Positions 27,277 through 39,366 of a stretch of DNA of 64,000 bases are shown piece after piece. The position numbers and the translations under genes were made by a program. The notes under the pieces were generated by a model, which did not search any database, was not told where the DNA came from, and was given only the letters and a program-made list of their open reading frames with translations. How positions within the stretch are numbered: position 1 is the first letter of the stretch; every line of letters starts with the position of its first letter. The stretch comes from Dimorphilus gyrociliatus (Eukaryota > Animalia > Annelida), in contig CAJFCJ010000029.1 in assembly GCA_904063045.1 (NCBI GenBank), positions 531,778-595,777 on the forward strand. The letters run 5' to 3'.

Positions 27277-28966
27277 TTTTCTTCTACGGAAGAAAATTTC
27301 TACTCTAAAACAATAGCACATATAAGGGAAAAGAACCTCTTGTCCTTTTGAGGTTAAGTGGGATTTTCAGTACATTTATACAATTTATTTTTATTTATGT
27401 TCCAGAAATGGTCCACGCTACCGGGTAGTATGAAAAAAGCTTCTACGTCGGCATTATCATATTGCAGAAGAATCAAACCACAATTGCTTTCTTTCTTCAT
27501 AACAAGAATTATAAATCAACGTTTCTTCAGCGCTTGAAACTCTGGAAGGCCAAGTGTGGACGGCGGAAAAATAATTTATTATTTGTATAATTATCTGGTG
27601 GACGTGTGGCATGTGGAGAAAAAGTGGCAGAAGTACACGTCGGTGATTTACTATTCACTGCCCAATCTCCAGACATCTAACTGGAAAAAGCATTACAACT
27701 ATTATTAGACGCTTCCAATCAAGTTAACACTCACACATGCCAATCCTGAACTCCCTCATCATGAAATTTTGGTTGTCATCTACGTCGTAGATGGTCTTGT
27801 CCTCTACTTCTAAATCGTAGTTGTGTTGGCGATGCCTCCAGTGGACATAGTGGTAGATTAGAACTATCTTACGCGATTGGTTCTCGGTATTTTCTGCGGT
27901 CAAAGGATCAATAAGCTTTCACAGGATTTCTCCTGGTTTCACTTGGTACTACATAACAACCAAGCAACGGCGGCGGCGTTTTGAAGGTTTCTATACACGC
28001 TCGCTATGTATTATTTCGAAATCCACATACCCTTTCACATTCGCGTTGTTAACGGTTCCATTGGACATATCTCTTGCGCGTCTATAGTTTTTGAATTTAC
28101 CCTTTTTATCAAATTATTAGCGGGAAACAACGCATTGGTAAAACTGGTGCACTTTTGACTACTTGGCGCACTATTTTTTACCGGAGTGATCCCTGCCTCC
28201 ACTTCCAGTAGATATAAATGTATCGCCGAAATTTGTATCGCCCTTGTAACCCCTAGAAAAGACTGGAGTACAAACAAAACTTTTTATTGATGAGTCGGAT
28301 AATTCGGTCTATCTGGTATCTATATACTGTAATTCTTTAAAGTCAAACTGTTCTAAATCGAATTTTATAAAGATTAATTACAAAATAACAGAATTCAAAA
28401 ATAAAAAACCACTTAAATGAAACTTTAGAAAAAAACCGAATGATAATCTTGATACAGTTAAAAATTTTTTGAAGATTAAACTGTAAATTTCAAAAAGTAT
28501 AAGTATCACTTCTTTCCTATTTCACTAAATTTAAAGATAATATTAGTACACGAGAAAAAGGAATAATGACGCCATCTACCAGATAAATAACGACTGATAA
28601 ATTGGAAAGATACGCCATCTACAGACATAAGCATCCGTTAAAAATGCCATCATACGCCATCTACAAATTGCTGAATTTGCAAAAACGCCGTCTACCGTTT
28701 GTAAAAGAAACTTCAAAGTGCTACCAAATTAAAAAAAAAAGCCGTTAATAACCTATTCTCAATAATCTAGTCGCTCTAATATTTTTGAATTAGCATTGAA
28801 AAAATATTTCACAAGAATTCTTAATCAATATGAAGTGGAAACCGCTCCGTGCGTTTATGAAAATAAGATATTACTACAAAAAGGTTCTAAATTTCGAATC
28901 GCAGGGACAAAAAGTAACGGAAATAGGCTCGAAACGCATAAAAAAACTGATGAAACGATGGATGTT
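27277..28966 (+). repeat. U2 array spacer, short unit (U2 start to U2 start 1877 bp)
   Basis: 27277-28140 matches 35130-35993. 28141-28880 matches 38612-39366. The whole spacer recurs inverted at about 49919-51613. Confidence 0.9.
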
Positions 28967-29154
28967 ATCGCTTCTCGGCCTTTTGGCTAAGATCAAAGTG
29001 TAGTATCTGTTCTAGTTAGTTTAATCGCTAGCTGGCAATCCATTGGGTTGCCTTAATAACGATTACGGGATTTTTGTGTGGTCTGGGTTCCTAGAAGCTT
29101 GCTTCAAAGAATCCTCGGGTTGACTTGGTCTAGCAGTACCTCCAAGTTCGGCCC
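28967..29154 (+). ncRNA. U2: Chimeric full-length U2 gene: host nt 1-39 plus element-borne U2-B nt 40-188
   Basis: The upstream flank and nt 1-39 are identical to U2-A. Downstream of about nt 58 the sequence differs but folds into all U2 stems and keeps the Sm site GATTTTTG. Confidence 0.92.
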
Positions 29155-32100
29155 TTCTTCTCAATGGAGAAGGCCTCACTTAAGACCTCCCAAGGTGGAA
29201 CAGTTACAAAACAGCCCTTTTCAGGGCTACCGGAGGAGCAGATGACGATGGGCAGGGCTGTACAAAGTAACGACGGCTCCTCTCTATCTGAGCTCATGGA
29301 CGAGTCTCCTGTTCGACGTGATGACGAGATGGAAGACGCGGCAAAGCAGGATGCGGGCTCTTTAGCTAGCGTCCCCGCGGAAGACAACGGCCTGGACTTT
29401 GGTCCGGCAGTGGGCGCTGCAGAGGACGAGGATGCTGGATACATGGCGGATATGTTATGTGCGGCTGATGTGCGGCTGGCCTCTCAAGAACGTCTTCTCT
29501 GCCTTCCCGCGGCCCGACGCTCCTTCCCTCCTCGTTCTTTGTTTACTCCTCCTGCCGATCCTGTGTGTGTGTGTGTGCCTGTTTCGGACAACAACTCTCC
29601 CATCTCCGTTCCCGTCACCTCTACACCTGTCTCGCGTGTTATGGACATTACCGGTTCTCCCTCCCCCTCTTCTACCTCTACTACCTCTACTACTACTACC
29701 ACTGCTACTACGGCTGCATCTTCTTCCTCTTCGGTTCTGGGTGCCCCCTCTGCCGTCCTCTCTTCCTCTTCTGCTACTGCTGATCCGGTTTCGTCGAGGG
29801 TGAGTACGGCTGTTCCTGGCGGTCATGTTTCTGTGTCTGTCCCTCCTTCTCGTCCCCCGTCCAAGTCCCGTCCCGCCCCATCTGTTGTTACTGTTGCTGT
29901 CCCTGTACCTGACCGTTCCCCTATCTATACTCGTTCCCTCGCGGCCAAGAAGAAGAAGGCTGCTTCTTCTCCTGCACCCGCAATAGCCCCCATAAGGGTT
30001 GCTACGCAAACTTTTTACAACTCCGAACGGCGTCGTTCGGTTGGTGGTGCCTCTGCTGTTGTCGCCGCTGTTCCTCCCTCGTCCGCCATTGTACCTGTTG
30101 ATAATTCAAAATCATCCTGTGGGACTTCGGTTAGCGTGGCCGGTACTCCGGTTAACGCTCCCACAGATAGGCCTCAGCCAACCGCTAATCCCTCCGCTGC
30201 CCCTGTCTGTGAGAAGAATCTTTCTCCCACGAGTAGGCCTGCGCCGGCCCCTGTCCTAATCAGGCAGCGGCTGACTCAGACCGTGTGACAATTCCTCCCA
30301 ACGCGCCTAGGCCTCCGCCGGTCGTTGCTTCTGTGTCCGCGCAATGTCCTTGCAAGGTGTCGCCCTGCGTGTGCATTTCCGGAGCTAATGTCTCCGCCGC
30401 GTCTCCTCCTACCGTTCCCCTTCTCCCTACCGACATCCCGTTAACCTATCCTCTTCTGGATAGAATGTGCCCTGTTTGCAACAACTTTTCCGGCACTACC
30501 AACAGGATTTCAGCCCACATCCGCTCCGTCCACGCTAAGCAAGTGACCTTTATGTGTCGGGGCTGTCGCCATTTCTTCCGTTCACTGGGGATTGTGAAGA
30601 GACATTTCAACCGCGATCATGGGGGTCATCCCTCGTCCATCTATTTAGATGACTCGGACTCTCCTGCCGCTGCATCCCAGTCCCCCCTTCCCAGCCCATT
30701 GTCCAACGCATCTCTGTTGGGCCTTCCCCCGCCACCATTCCCACTCTTCCCGCTCTGCCGAATGGCTCGTTTGCGAAAGTGGTCAAATCTCCCCCCCCGG
30801 CTCTTCCTTCCGCAAAGGCTCTCTTGCCGCTCGCCACTCTGCCGCCGTCGCCTTCTAAAAACAAAAATAATAGTAAGATCAGGAAACCCCGTCCCCGTAA
30901 GGTTATCTCCTCCTCAGCACTCGTCCCAAAAATACCCCCGGCCAGTGCGATCCCAGATTCGGGTTCGGTTGTTTCTTCCTCCTCTTCTAGGGCCACCCTT
31001 GCACGACCGACGGAGGCTGGGAAACCTCCTCCTAAAGTCGGTGCTCCGACCAAGACAGTTCGTTCCCCCCCAACTACAGGTCCGAACCCCTCTGCCCAAG
31101 CTCGGATTTCCCCTCCTAAAGAGCGGATTTCCCCGCCTAAAGGTCAGATTTCCCCGCCTAAAGTTAATAAGGGGTTGAGCTCTCCGGACTCGGCCGCTGG
31201 TCCTGCCTCCGTGATGTCTCCCCCGCCTCCCCCGCGCCCTTCTTCCACAAGCCTAAGTCAACTTATCCGTGAAGAACGCGTCGCCTCTAATCCCTCCCCA
31301 CCTAGGCCTACCCTTGCCCCCGGTATCGACTCGTCACCGGTGGCGCCCCTGGTGGTCCCCGATTCCCCCCCGCCGCCTTCGTGCGATACGGAGAGGGATG
31401 GTTCCTACGACGAGGACGCTGACATTATCCCCAGTTCTCTCGTCCCTTCTTCCTCTTCTCCCCCCCGCTTTCTTGTCCCCGCTCTCCCGCTCGAGATTGG
31501 TCTCCCCCTCCGCGGTTGGATCGGTCGGTGTCCCGTGACCACGAGGTTACTAATGATAATAATAATAACAGTCTCCTCCCCGACCCCCCGTCCCCTCCTC
31601 CTGCGCACGTGTCCCATCAACAGCTTGAACGGGAACGCGAGGAGCAACTTTCGGGTTTCGCTGCCGCTATCCTAACTGAGTTTGCCCCCAAGATTATTGG
31701 AAGTCAGTCCGAATGGTCCCGCGTGGAAGAAGTTTTCGACGCCTGGGTTCTCGCCATTTCCAACGCCAAGTCCAGGGTGCATGAGAGTGCTGGCGGTAGA
31801 GTCGCGAATAGGAACTTTGCTCGCCCCCTCCGAATGCGGCTAACAATCAATGGCAAGCGGCTACTAATATCCAAAGGGCCTACAAGCGTAATCCGGCTAG
31901 CACTTTCCGCCGTATCGCTAACCCTGAGGAGACCAAGTGTTCCGCTTCCATTGAAGATATGACCTCTTTCTTTATTGAATCGGTCGCCCCTCCTCCTCCT
32001 TCATATCAGTGGTCTCCCGACAGGGAGTTTCTTCCGGCCGCGGCCCCACCGCCTGACCCAGAAGACGTTCAACTCGCCAATGAAATCCCCCCTGCTCTCA

Positions 32101-34981
32101 CCCCCGATACCTTTAACTTCGAAAGCAGGGCCATCGACGGCATAGAATTGACCGACCCTAACCACCCCTTGCTCCGTCCCCCATCCCGCGCTGAGATTGT
32201 CGGCCAGCTTAAGCGAACCAACAACTCTGCTCCCGGTCTTGACGGCATCACCTACAAGGATCTTAAGAAATTCGATCCGAAAGGCTTAACCCTCAGGGCT
32301 TTCTATAGGTTGTTCTGGCGACATGGACAGATTCCCTCCTGTCTGAAGCGGTCTCGCACTATAATGATCCCCAAAAAGGATCTCGACCCTTCGCTGCCGG
32401 CCAACTGTAGGCCTATTGCCCTCCTCTCTACCATTTACAAACTTTTTAGTAGTCTGCTGGCCCGGCGTCTGAGTAGATGGGCCAGAGACAATGATATCCT
32501 TAGCAAGGAGCAAAGGGGATTTACTACGGCCCCCGGTGTCTTCGAGCATAACTTCGCCTTGACCTCGGCCCTTGACGAGGCCAAACGTAGTGATAAACGC
32601 ATCTGCCTAGGATTCGTCGATATTGCGCAAGCCTTCCCCTCTATCCCCCATTGCGTTATCTTCGACATGTTGTCCCTTGTAGGAGTGCCGCCCAGTCTCG
32701 TTAACCTTATCCGGAATGTATATACCAACGCCACTACGGAGGTTATCACGACGGAAGGATGCACAGCACCCATTTCCATCCACAAAGGTGTTAGGCAGGG
32801 CGACGGTCTCAGCCCCTTCCTCTTTAATCTCTGCTTTGAGGGAGCTCTACGTAGCGTTAACGCCTCAAAAGACAGAGATGGGTTCAAGATCGCCGCTCAG
32901 GCGGCTGTCCTAGGTCTAAGGTCCGTATCCATTTGCGGTCTAGCCTATGCCGATGACCTTGTGGTGGTCGCAAACTCTCGCCGTGGTCTGCAACACCTCC
33001 TCAATGTTGCCGAGCGGTCGGCGGGTCTGGCAAACCTAAAATTTGCTCCGCGTAAATGCGCTACCTTGTGCCTCCATCGTGGAGTCGCCGACCCGACCCC
33101 CCTATTCGTGGCTAACGAACCTATTAAGGCGCTAGGCCTTGAGGAGACCTACACCTATCTGGGCACGCCCATTGGCTTCAGGAAGGAGCTTCTCAAGGAT
33201 GATGGGGTGATTGAGAGGATCCGCTCCCTTCTTCGGCTTACTATGGAGTCCAACCTCGCGCCCTGGCAAAAGGTGTCCTCCATCAAGGCCTTCATTCTCC
33301 CCCGTATTCAATTCGCACTGCGAACCCACCGTTTCCTTAAGGAGGAACTAGCGGACCTCGATTCGATGGTTATTCGCGCTATCCGCACCACCATGGCCAC
33401 CACAAACAACGCCGCTAGGTCGTTCTTTGCCGCTCCCGCTAAAATGGGCGGTGTAGGCCTAATCCCCACTAGGGTAGAGGTGGACATAGCCCGTGTGGGA
33501 CACACTTTTCAACTCCTCAAATCGGAGGACCCTACCATCCGCTTTATCGCCTGCGCAACTCTTGTTAAGGCCGCTAAGGCCAGAGTGGCCCGCGGCACCG
33601 CTCTTACAGGGGACGTTTTGGCCTCTTACCTCAACGGGTCAACGACTCCTCCTTTCTCCTCTTCCTCCTCTTCCGCTCAGACGGTGATGTCAGTCACTAG
33701 GTCGGCCTCCAGGCGCTTGCACAAATCTATAAACCTTGAATGGCACCTTGATGACGCCCTTACGCCTACCATTACCGCCACGGTGAGTAGGAGTTGGCAC
33801 CAGAACCAGCCGCAATTTCGCCACGAGGTCCAATCCAACTGGCAGGAATTGTCGTTTGGGGATGACGAACGCAACCTCGAACCCCTAGCTATCCGTATCC
33901 GTCGCACCCACGAACCTTTCCCATTACTTAGGTCGGCGGTCACGGAGCTCAATGTTAGAGAGTTCGCTAAATTGGCGGAGCAGGGCAGGTCCTTCCAGGA
34001 CACCTGCTTGCACCCTGTCTCCAACCATTTCCTTTACACCGGCTTCGGCTTGCGGTATAAGGACTACCGATTCATCTTTCGGGCTCGGCTGGGTCTTCTC
34101 CAGACCAATGCCGTCAAGTCCAGATACAGTGCCCGGGTTAGGCCTGATTGCAGGCGGTGCCACTTCCAAGTGGAATCAGTGCGGCATGTTCTAAACAACT
34201 GCCGTACTGGGTATGGCCTGTACGGTGATCGACATAACGCCATCCAGGATCGTCTGGTCAAAGGTGCCCGCCTGGCGCCCGGTTCCACCATTACGGTAAA
34301 CAGGACGTTGCCCGAATCCTCCACTGCCCTTCGCCCTGACATAGTGATTAGGTGCGCGGATGACAGGGTGGTGCTGATCGACGTCACGGTCCCCTTTGAG
34401 AGGCCTGGCGCCCTTGCTCGCGCTGCCCAGGAGAAGATCAACAAGTATGCGGTCCTAAAAACTGAGCTGGAGGGACAAGGCAAGGCAGTAGAGATTCTAC
34501 CATTTGCTGTTGGTTCTTTGGGCGCCTGGTGCAGGGGGAACTCCAAGGTCTTTCGGGCTCTGGGCATAGCGTTCGCTTACCGGGGTATGCTGTCCCAGCT
34601 GTGCGTGGCGGAAGCGATTCGTGGCTCAAAGGACGCCTACGACGCGCACATTAACGGTCATTAAAATAAAAATGTACTGGCTATCAACTGTTTATTCGTT
34701 TTTTCGTCTGTTATGTGTCTGTGATATGTTAAGGGTGTCGTAAATTATTGTAAAGTGCCTGTGTCACTGGGATTTACCCCTTTTCCCTTGCTTCTACATC
34801 AATCCTATTCTGCTATTTGTTCTCATGTGCCGGTTCCTGTTGGTCCACATTGGCCTTTAACTCCTGTCGTCTATGTCACTTATACCCCTCTTTTTTGTTT
34901 ACCTAACTCCCTCTATGCCATTCATCCTGCAATTGAAAAACACTGTCTCCTCCTTTTACCTGTATAATACATTTAAATAAC
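29006..34981 (+). mobile_element. U2-targeting non-LTR retrotransposon (RLE type, Utopia-like), full-length copy E1, 5976 bp
   Basis: Flanked 5' by U2 nt 1-39 and 3' by host U2 resuming at nt 40 (AAATAAC|TCTGTTCT at 34982). Contains an RT + RLE ORF and a 317-nt 3' UTR with no poly(A). Confidence 0.95.
29164..34664 (+). CDS. Retrotransposon polyprotein of about 1830 aa (2x C2H2 zinc fingers, reverse transcriptase, CCHC knuckle, PD-(D/E)xK restriction-like endonuclease), broken here by about four 1-nt homopolymer indels
   Basis: C2H2 fingers CPVC..H..H and CRGC..H..H (30468-30620). RT motifs RPIALLSTIYKLF, GVRQGDGLSPFLF and LAYADDL. CRRC..H..C plus RHN. RPDIV..LIDVTVPFE..KINKY and GSLG. The missing bases are present in copies E4/E5. 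Confidence 0.93.
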
Positions 34982-35128
34982 TCTGTTCTAGTTAGTTTAA
35001 CCGCTAACTGATAACACACTGTGTTATCTAATATGGTTAACAGTATTTTTGTCTTCAGAGAAAGCATTAAGCTTGCTTAAGTTTTCTCACGGGTTGACTT
35101 GGTATAGCAGTACCTCCAAGTTTGGCCC
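34982..35128 (+). pseudogene. U2: Displaced 3' part (nt 40-186) of host U2-A
   Basis: Identical to 27129-27275 and followed by the same downstream spacer. Confidence 0.95.
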
Positions 35129-38100
35129 ATTTTCTTCTACGGAAGAAAATTTCTACTCTAAAACAATAGCACATATAAGGGAAAAGAACCTCTTGTCCTT
35201 TTGAGGTTAAGTGGGATTTTCAGTACATTTATACAATTTATTTTTATTTATGTTCCAGAAATGGTCCACGCTACCGGGTAGTATGAAAAAAGCTTCTACG
35301 TCGGCATTATCATATTGCAGAAGAATCAAACCACAATTGCTTTCTTTCTTCATAACAAGAATTATAAATCAACGTTTCTTCAGCGCTTGAAACTCTGGAA
35401 GGCCAAGTGTGGACGGCGGAAAAATAATTTATTATTTGTATAATTATCTGGTGGACGTGTGGCATGTGGAGAAAAAGTGGCAGAAGTACACGTCGGTGAT
35501 TTACTATTCACTGCCCAATCTCCAGACATCTAACTGGAAAAAGCATTACAACTATTATTAGACGCTTCCAATCAAGTTAACACTCACACATGCCAATCCT
35601 GAACTCCCTCATCATGAAATTTTGGTTGTCATCTACGTCGTAGATGGTCTTGTCCTCTACTTCTAAATCGTAGTTGTGTTGGCGATGCCTCCAGTGGACA
35701 TAGTGGTAGATTAGAACTATCTTACGCGATTGGTTCTCGGTATTTTTCTGCGGTCAAAGGATCAATAAGCTTTCACAGGATTTCTCCTGGTTTCACTTGG
35801 TACTACATAACAACCAAGCAACGGCGGCGGCGTTTTGAAGGTTTCTATACACGCTCGCTATGTATTATTTCGAAATCCACATACCCTTTCACATTCGCGT
35901 TGTTAACGGTTCCATTGGACATATCTCTTGCGCGTCTATAGTTTTTGAATTTACCCTTTTTATCAAATTATTAGCGGGAAACAACGCATTGGTATTTAAC
36001 ACTCACATTAACAATAAGAAGCCTCTTCATAGTTCGGGTGATCATTGCTCTATCCTCCTAAAATGCACTATACAACACTCTTCCTCGAGGAACGAGTGCA
36101 TTTCTGAGCCTCCTTACTGATGAGTGGAATGTTATGGTCGCTCTCGTCTGCATATAATGTTCTGCGCTTTAGTCAATCCATGCTCATCTTCCGCACATTC
36201 TTTCATCTGCAAATTTGGTAGAACAATTCCCTTCGACGCTCATTCTTTCCTCTTTTCAATCAAGGTTCCAAACATATACATGATGGCTTAACCATTAATC
36301 AAATGTCTGTACGAACTATTATTGTCTGTCTCTTCTAACTCGTAATTACTTTGCATTCCTAAAAGCGATAATAGGGGTAGTTTAACGTTTGATTGATGTT
36401 GCTGAAATTCGTCATTCTGTTTGGACCACATCGGATTATTAGGTGACGGTGAAATAACTGATATTATTACCTTATCTCCTGATTAATGAATACGTCCTTT
36501 ACAATTCTACCAAAAGTTCTTTTTCTTCGGATTCGCGCGTTACTATTCCACCGTTGACTGGTTCCTTGCTCCTAATGGCCTATTGCCTTCATTAACCCGC
36601 CGTTGGCGCTTTTTTTCGCGCCGTTATTATGAAGTAGGCCATAATCAATTAAAATAAACAACCTTTTCACATTCCTCTATTTTAAAGGCTTCACAGGATA
36701 TATGTGTTGCGCTTTTATGATATTTCCAAAATGTCTTTTTTTAAAAGTACTAACGACAAACAACGCATTGGTATTCAACACTTACATTGCGAACAAGAAG
36801 CTCCTTCACACTTAAAATGAAGATTGCTCAATCCTAATATCGCGTTCAGGAAAAAGTCTTCTTTCAGGCTCGGATATATTATACGCCTCCTTATTCATCA
36901 GTCGAATGTTACGGCAACTCTCGTCTGTATTATGTATTGCGCCATGGCTAGTCGATGTTAATCTACACGTGTAAGATTTAAGATAATGCTCCTATTGGCA
37001 CGAGTACATTATGAGCCTTCCAATTAATGAGTCGAATGTTATAGTCACTCTCGTATGCATATAATGTATTGCGCCATGGCCAGTCGATGTTAATCTTACA
37101 CGTGTTCTTTTTACCGCAATTTCGTAGAACACTTCCCTTCAACGCTCACTCTTTCCTCTTTTCACTATCGGTTCCAAACATATAGAAGATAGCTTAGCCA
37201 TTAATTTAATGTCTTTAAAACTGTTGTTAGCCGCCAGTTTTAAGTCGTAATTGCTTTTGCAATCTCCATAGTGGTAATAGCGGTAGATTGAGGTGTTGTT
37301 GATTTTCCTGAAATTCGAGATTTTGTTCAGACTACATCAGATGTTTAAGGGAGACTACAAGGACTGATGTTTTACCTTATCTCCTGATTAAGAAATCAAT
37401 TGACTTTATAACAATTCTTCCAAAATTTCTGTTTATTGAGTTTCACACGCTAATTTTCCATCGTTCACGGGTCAGTTTCTTCAATATCCACTGTTAGCGC
37501 AGTTTTCCCGCCGTTATCTTTAAGTACATCGTCCATCATTTCTTAAGCCTCCGATTCGTTTTTGTTTTTAACTGTTCTACTGGACATGTCACTTGTTTGT
37601 TCCCTAACTTCTTTCGTTGAGATCTTTGGTTTCTCCAATTTCTTTCTTGCAGTTTGGTTTAGAAAGATACATCCGAAAATCAGTGTACTGCATATGATCA
37701 AAAGATAGAAATATAAATAAATAAAAAGTAAAAGTTTTATCAAACTGAAAATCAGGACCGTAATAATCACACCCTTGTTGAAAACCAACATTGAAGATTT
37801 TACAAATGTCTGTCGTCTATGAAGCAGAAAATTGCAAATTCTACAATGCAAATAATGATACGGAAAGAAAAGAGAGTTTCTTAGACCTAGTCTACATTTT
37901 GAATTTTCATTACCGTGCTTCTTCACTATCTAGAGGAAACGCCTTAGCACGAATGTTCAGCAATACAACACTATTTCTACCCGACAATGTACCGCTTGGC
38001 ACAAATTCAAGACACTTGTCGCACATACAAATCTACTTATAAACAGAGATTGTGCAAAATACGAAAAATTTACGTAATATATCGCAAGATTACCTCCATT

Positions 38101-39366
38101 ATCAGAACACAAACATCTATTTCTGTTCTCACCAACCCCAACAACTTCATTTCAGTCATAACGCGATTGGGCCTAGCTATAGCAAGAACTATCAACAGTA
38201 TCTTCATATGTTACGTGTATTGTCAGCCATTCACTTTTTTCCCTCGTCAATTCTTTTCACACTATTAGCCGTATTCTAGGCGTTATTATTCAGTCACTAC
38301 TAGATCATAACCCCTCTATTACCTTCATTGCTCATACACTGCAAAATATACTCTGGCTGTACGGAATGACCATTATGCCATTTTCTAATACTCTCACACT
38401 TCCGGCAATAAACTCCCTAATATCGCTCACATTTCCGAATTCTTTTTTTGGAATCTTAGTGGTAATGAACTAAAAAAGTTTCTTTGACCTCCACGTTGTC
38501 AAAGGTCAAAGTGTTGTAGTGTCTGCTTTAATTTCGATTTGTTCGTAATACAGGACAACCCCTTAAATTTCCTTTCATTCTTCGTAAATATAATTATATT
38601 TCAAACTATTAAAACTGGTGCACTTTTGACTACTTGGCGCACTATTTTTTACCGGAGTGATCCCTGCCTCCACTTCCAGTAGATATAAATGTATCGCCGA
38701 AATTTGTATCGCCCTTGTAACCCCTAGAAAAGACTGGAGTACAAACAAAACTTTTTATTGATGAGTCGGATAATTCGGTCTATCTGGTATCTATATACTG
38801 TAATTCTTTAAAGTCAAACTGTTCTAAATCGAATTTTATAAAGATTAATTACAAAATAACAGAATTCAAAAATAAAAAACCACTTAAATGAAACTTTAGA
38901 AAAAAAACCGAATGATAATCTTGATACAGTTAAAAATTTTTGAAGATTAAACTGTAAATTTCAAAAAGTATAAGTATCACTTCTTTCCTATTTCACTAAA
39001 TTTAAAGATAATATTAGTACACGAGAAAAAGGAATAATGACGCCATCTACCAGATAAATAACGACTGATAAATTGGAAAGATACGCCATCTACAGACATA
39101 AGCATCCGTTAAAAATGCCATCATACGCCATCTACAAATTACTGAATTTGCAAAAGACGCCGTCTACCGTTTGTAAAAGGAAACTTCAAAGTGCTACCAA
39201 ATTTTAAAAACAAAGCAGTTAGTGACCTATTCTCAATAATCTAGTCGTTCTAACATTTTTGAATTAGCAATGAAAAAATATTTCACAAAAATTCTAAATC
39301 AATGTGAGGCGAAAACCGCTCCGTGCGTTTATGAAAATAAGATATTACTACAAAAAGGTTCTAAAT
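35129..39366 (+). repeat. Long version of the U2 spacer, ending in a truncated U2 upstream region
   Basis: Shares both ends with the short spacer but has about 2.6 kb extra (about 35994-38611). It stops about 65 bp before the expected U2 start. Confidence 0.8.

Noticed and set aside
27400-27700. Spacer segment reading like a decayed transposase or retroelement fragment (YEKSFYVGII...)
   Set aside because: Stops in all frames and no catalytic motif that I could identify with confidence.
29006-29024. 19-bp direct repeat TCTGTTCTAGTTAGTTTAA at both element ends (also 34982-35000), resembling a target-site duplication
   Set aside because: It is simply the stretch where U2-B and U2-A are identical. 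Homology continues structurally for 149 nt, so it is not a staggered-cut TSD.
29006-29300. HDV-like self-cleaving ribozyme at the element 5' end, as in R2
   Set aside because: The whole 5' leader is accounted for by the U2 fold. I saw no nested double pseudoknot, but this was not tested computationally.
30245-31830. Frameshifts suggesting E1, E4 and E5 are dead, or a two-ORF or programmed-frameshift organisation
   Set aside because: All are 1-nt losses, mostly in C/G runs, at different positions in each otherwise near-identical copy. The consensus is one ORF, so these are probably sequencing errors.
29006-34981. Assignment to Keno (Tx1 clade, also U2-targeting) or to R2
   Set aside because: Keno has an N-terminal APE endonuclease and two ORFs. 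This element has one ORF with a C-terminal RLE. The target is U2, not 28S rDNA.
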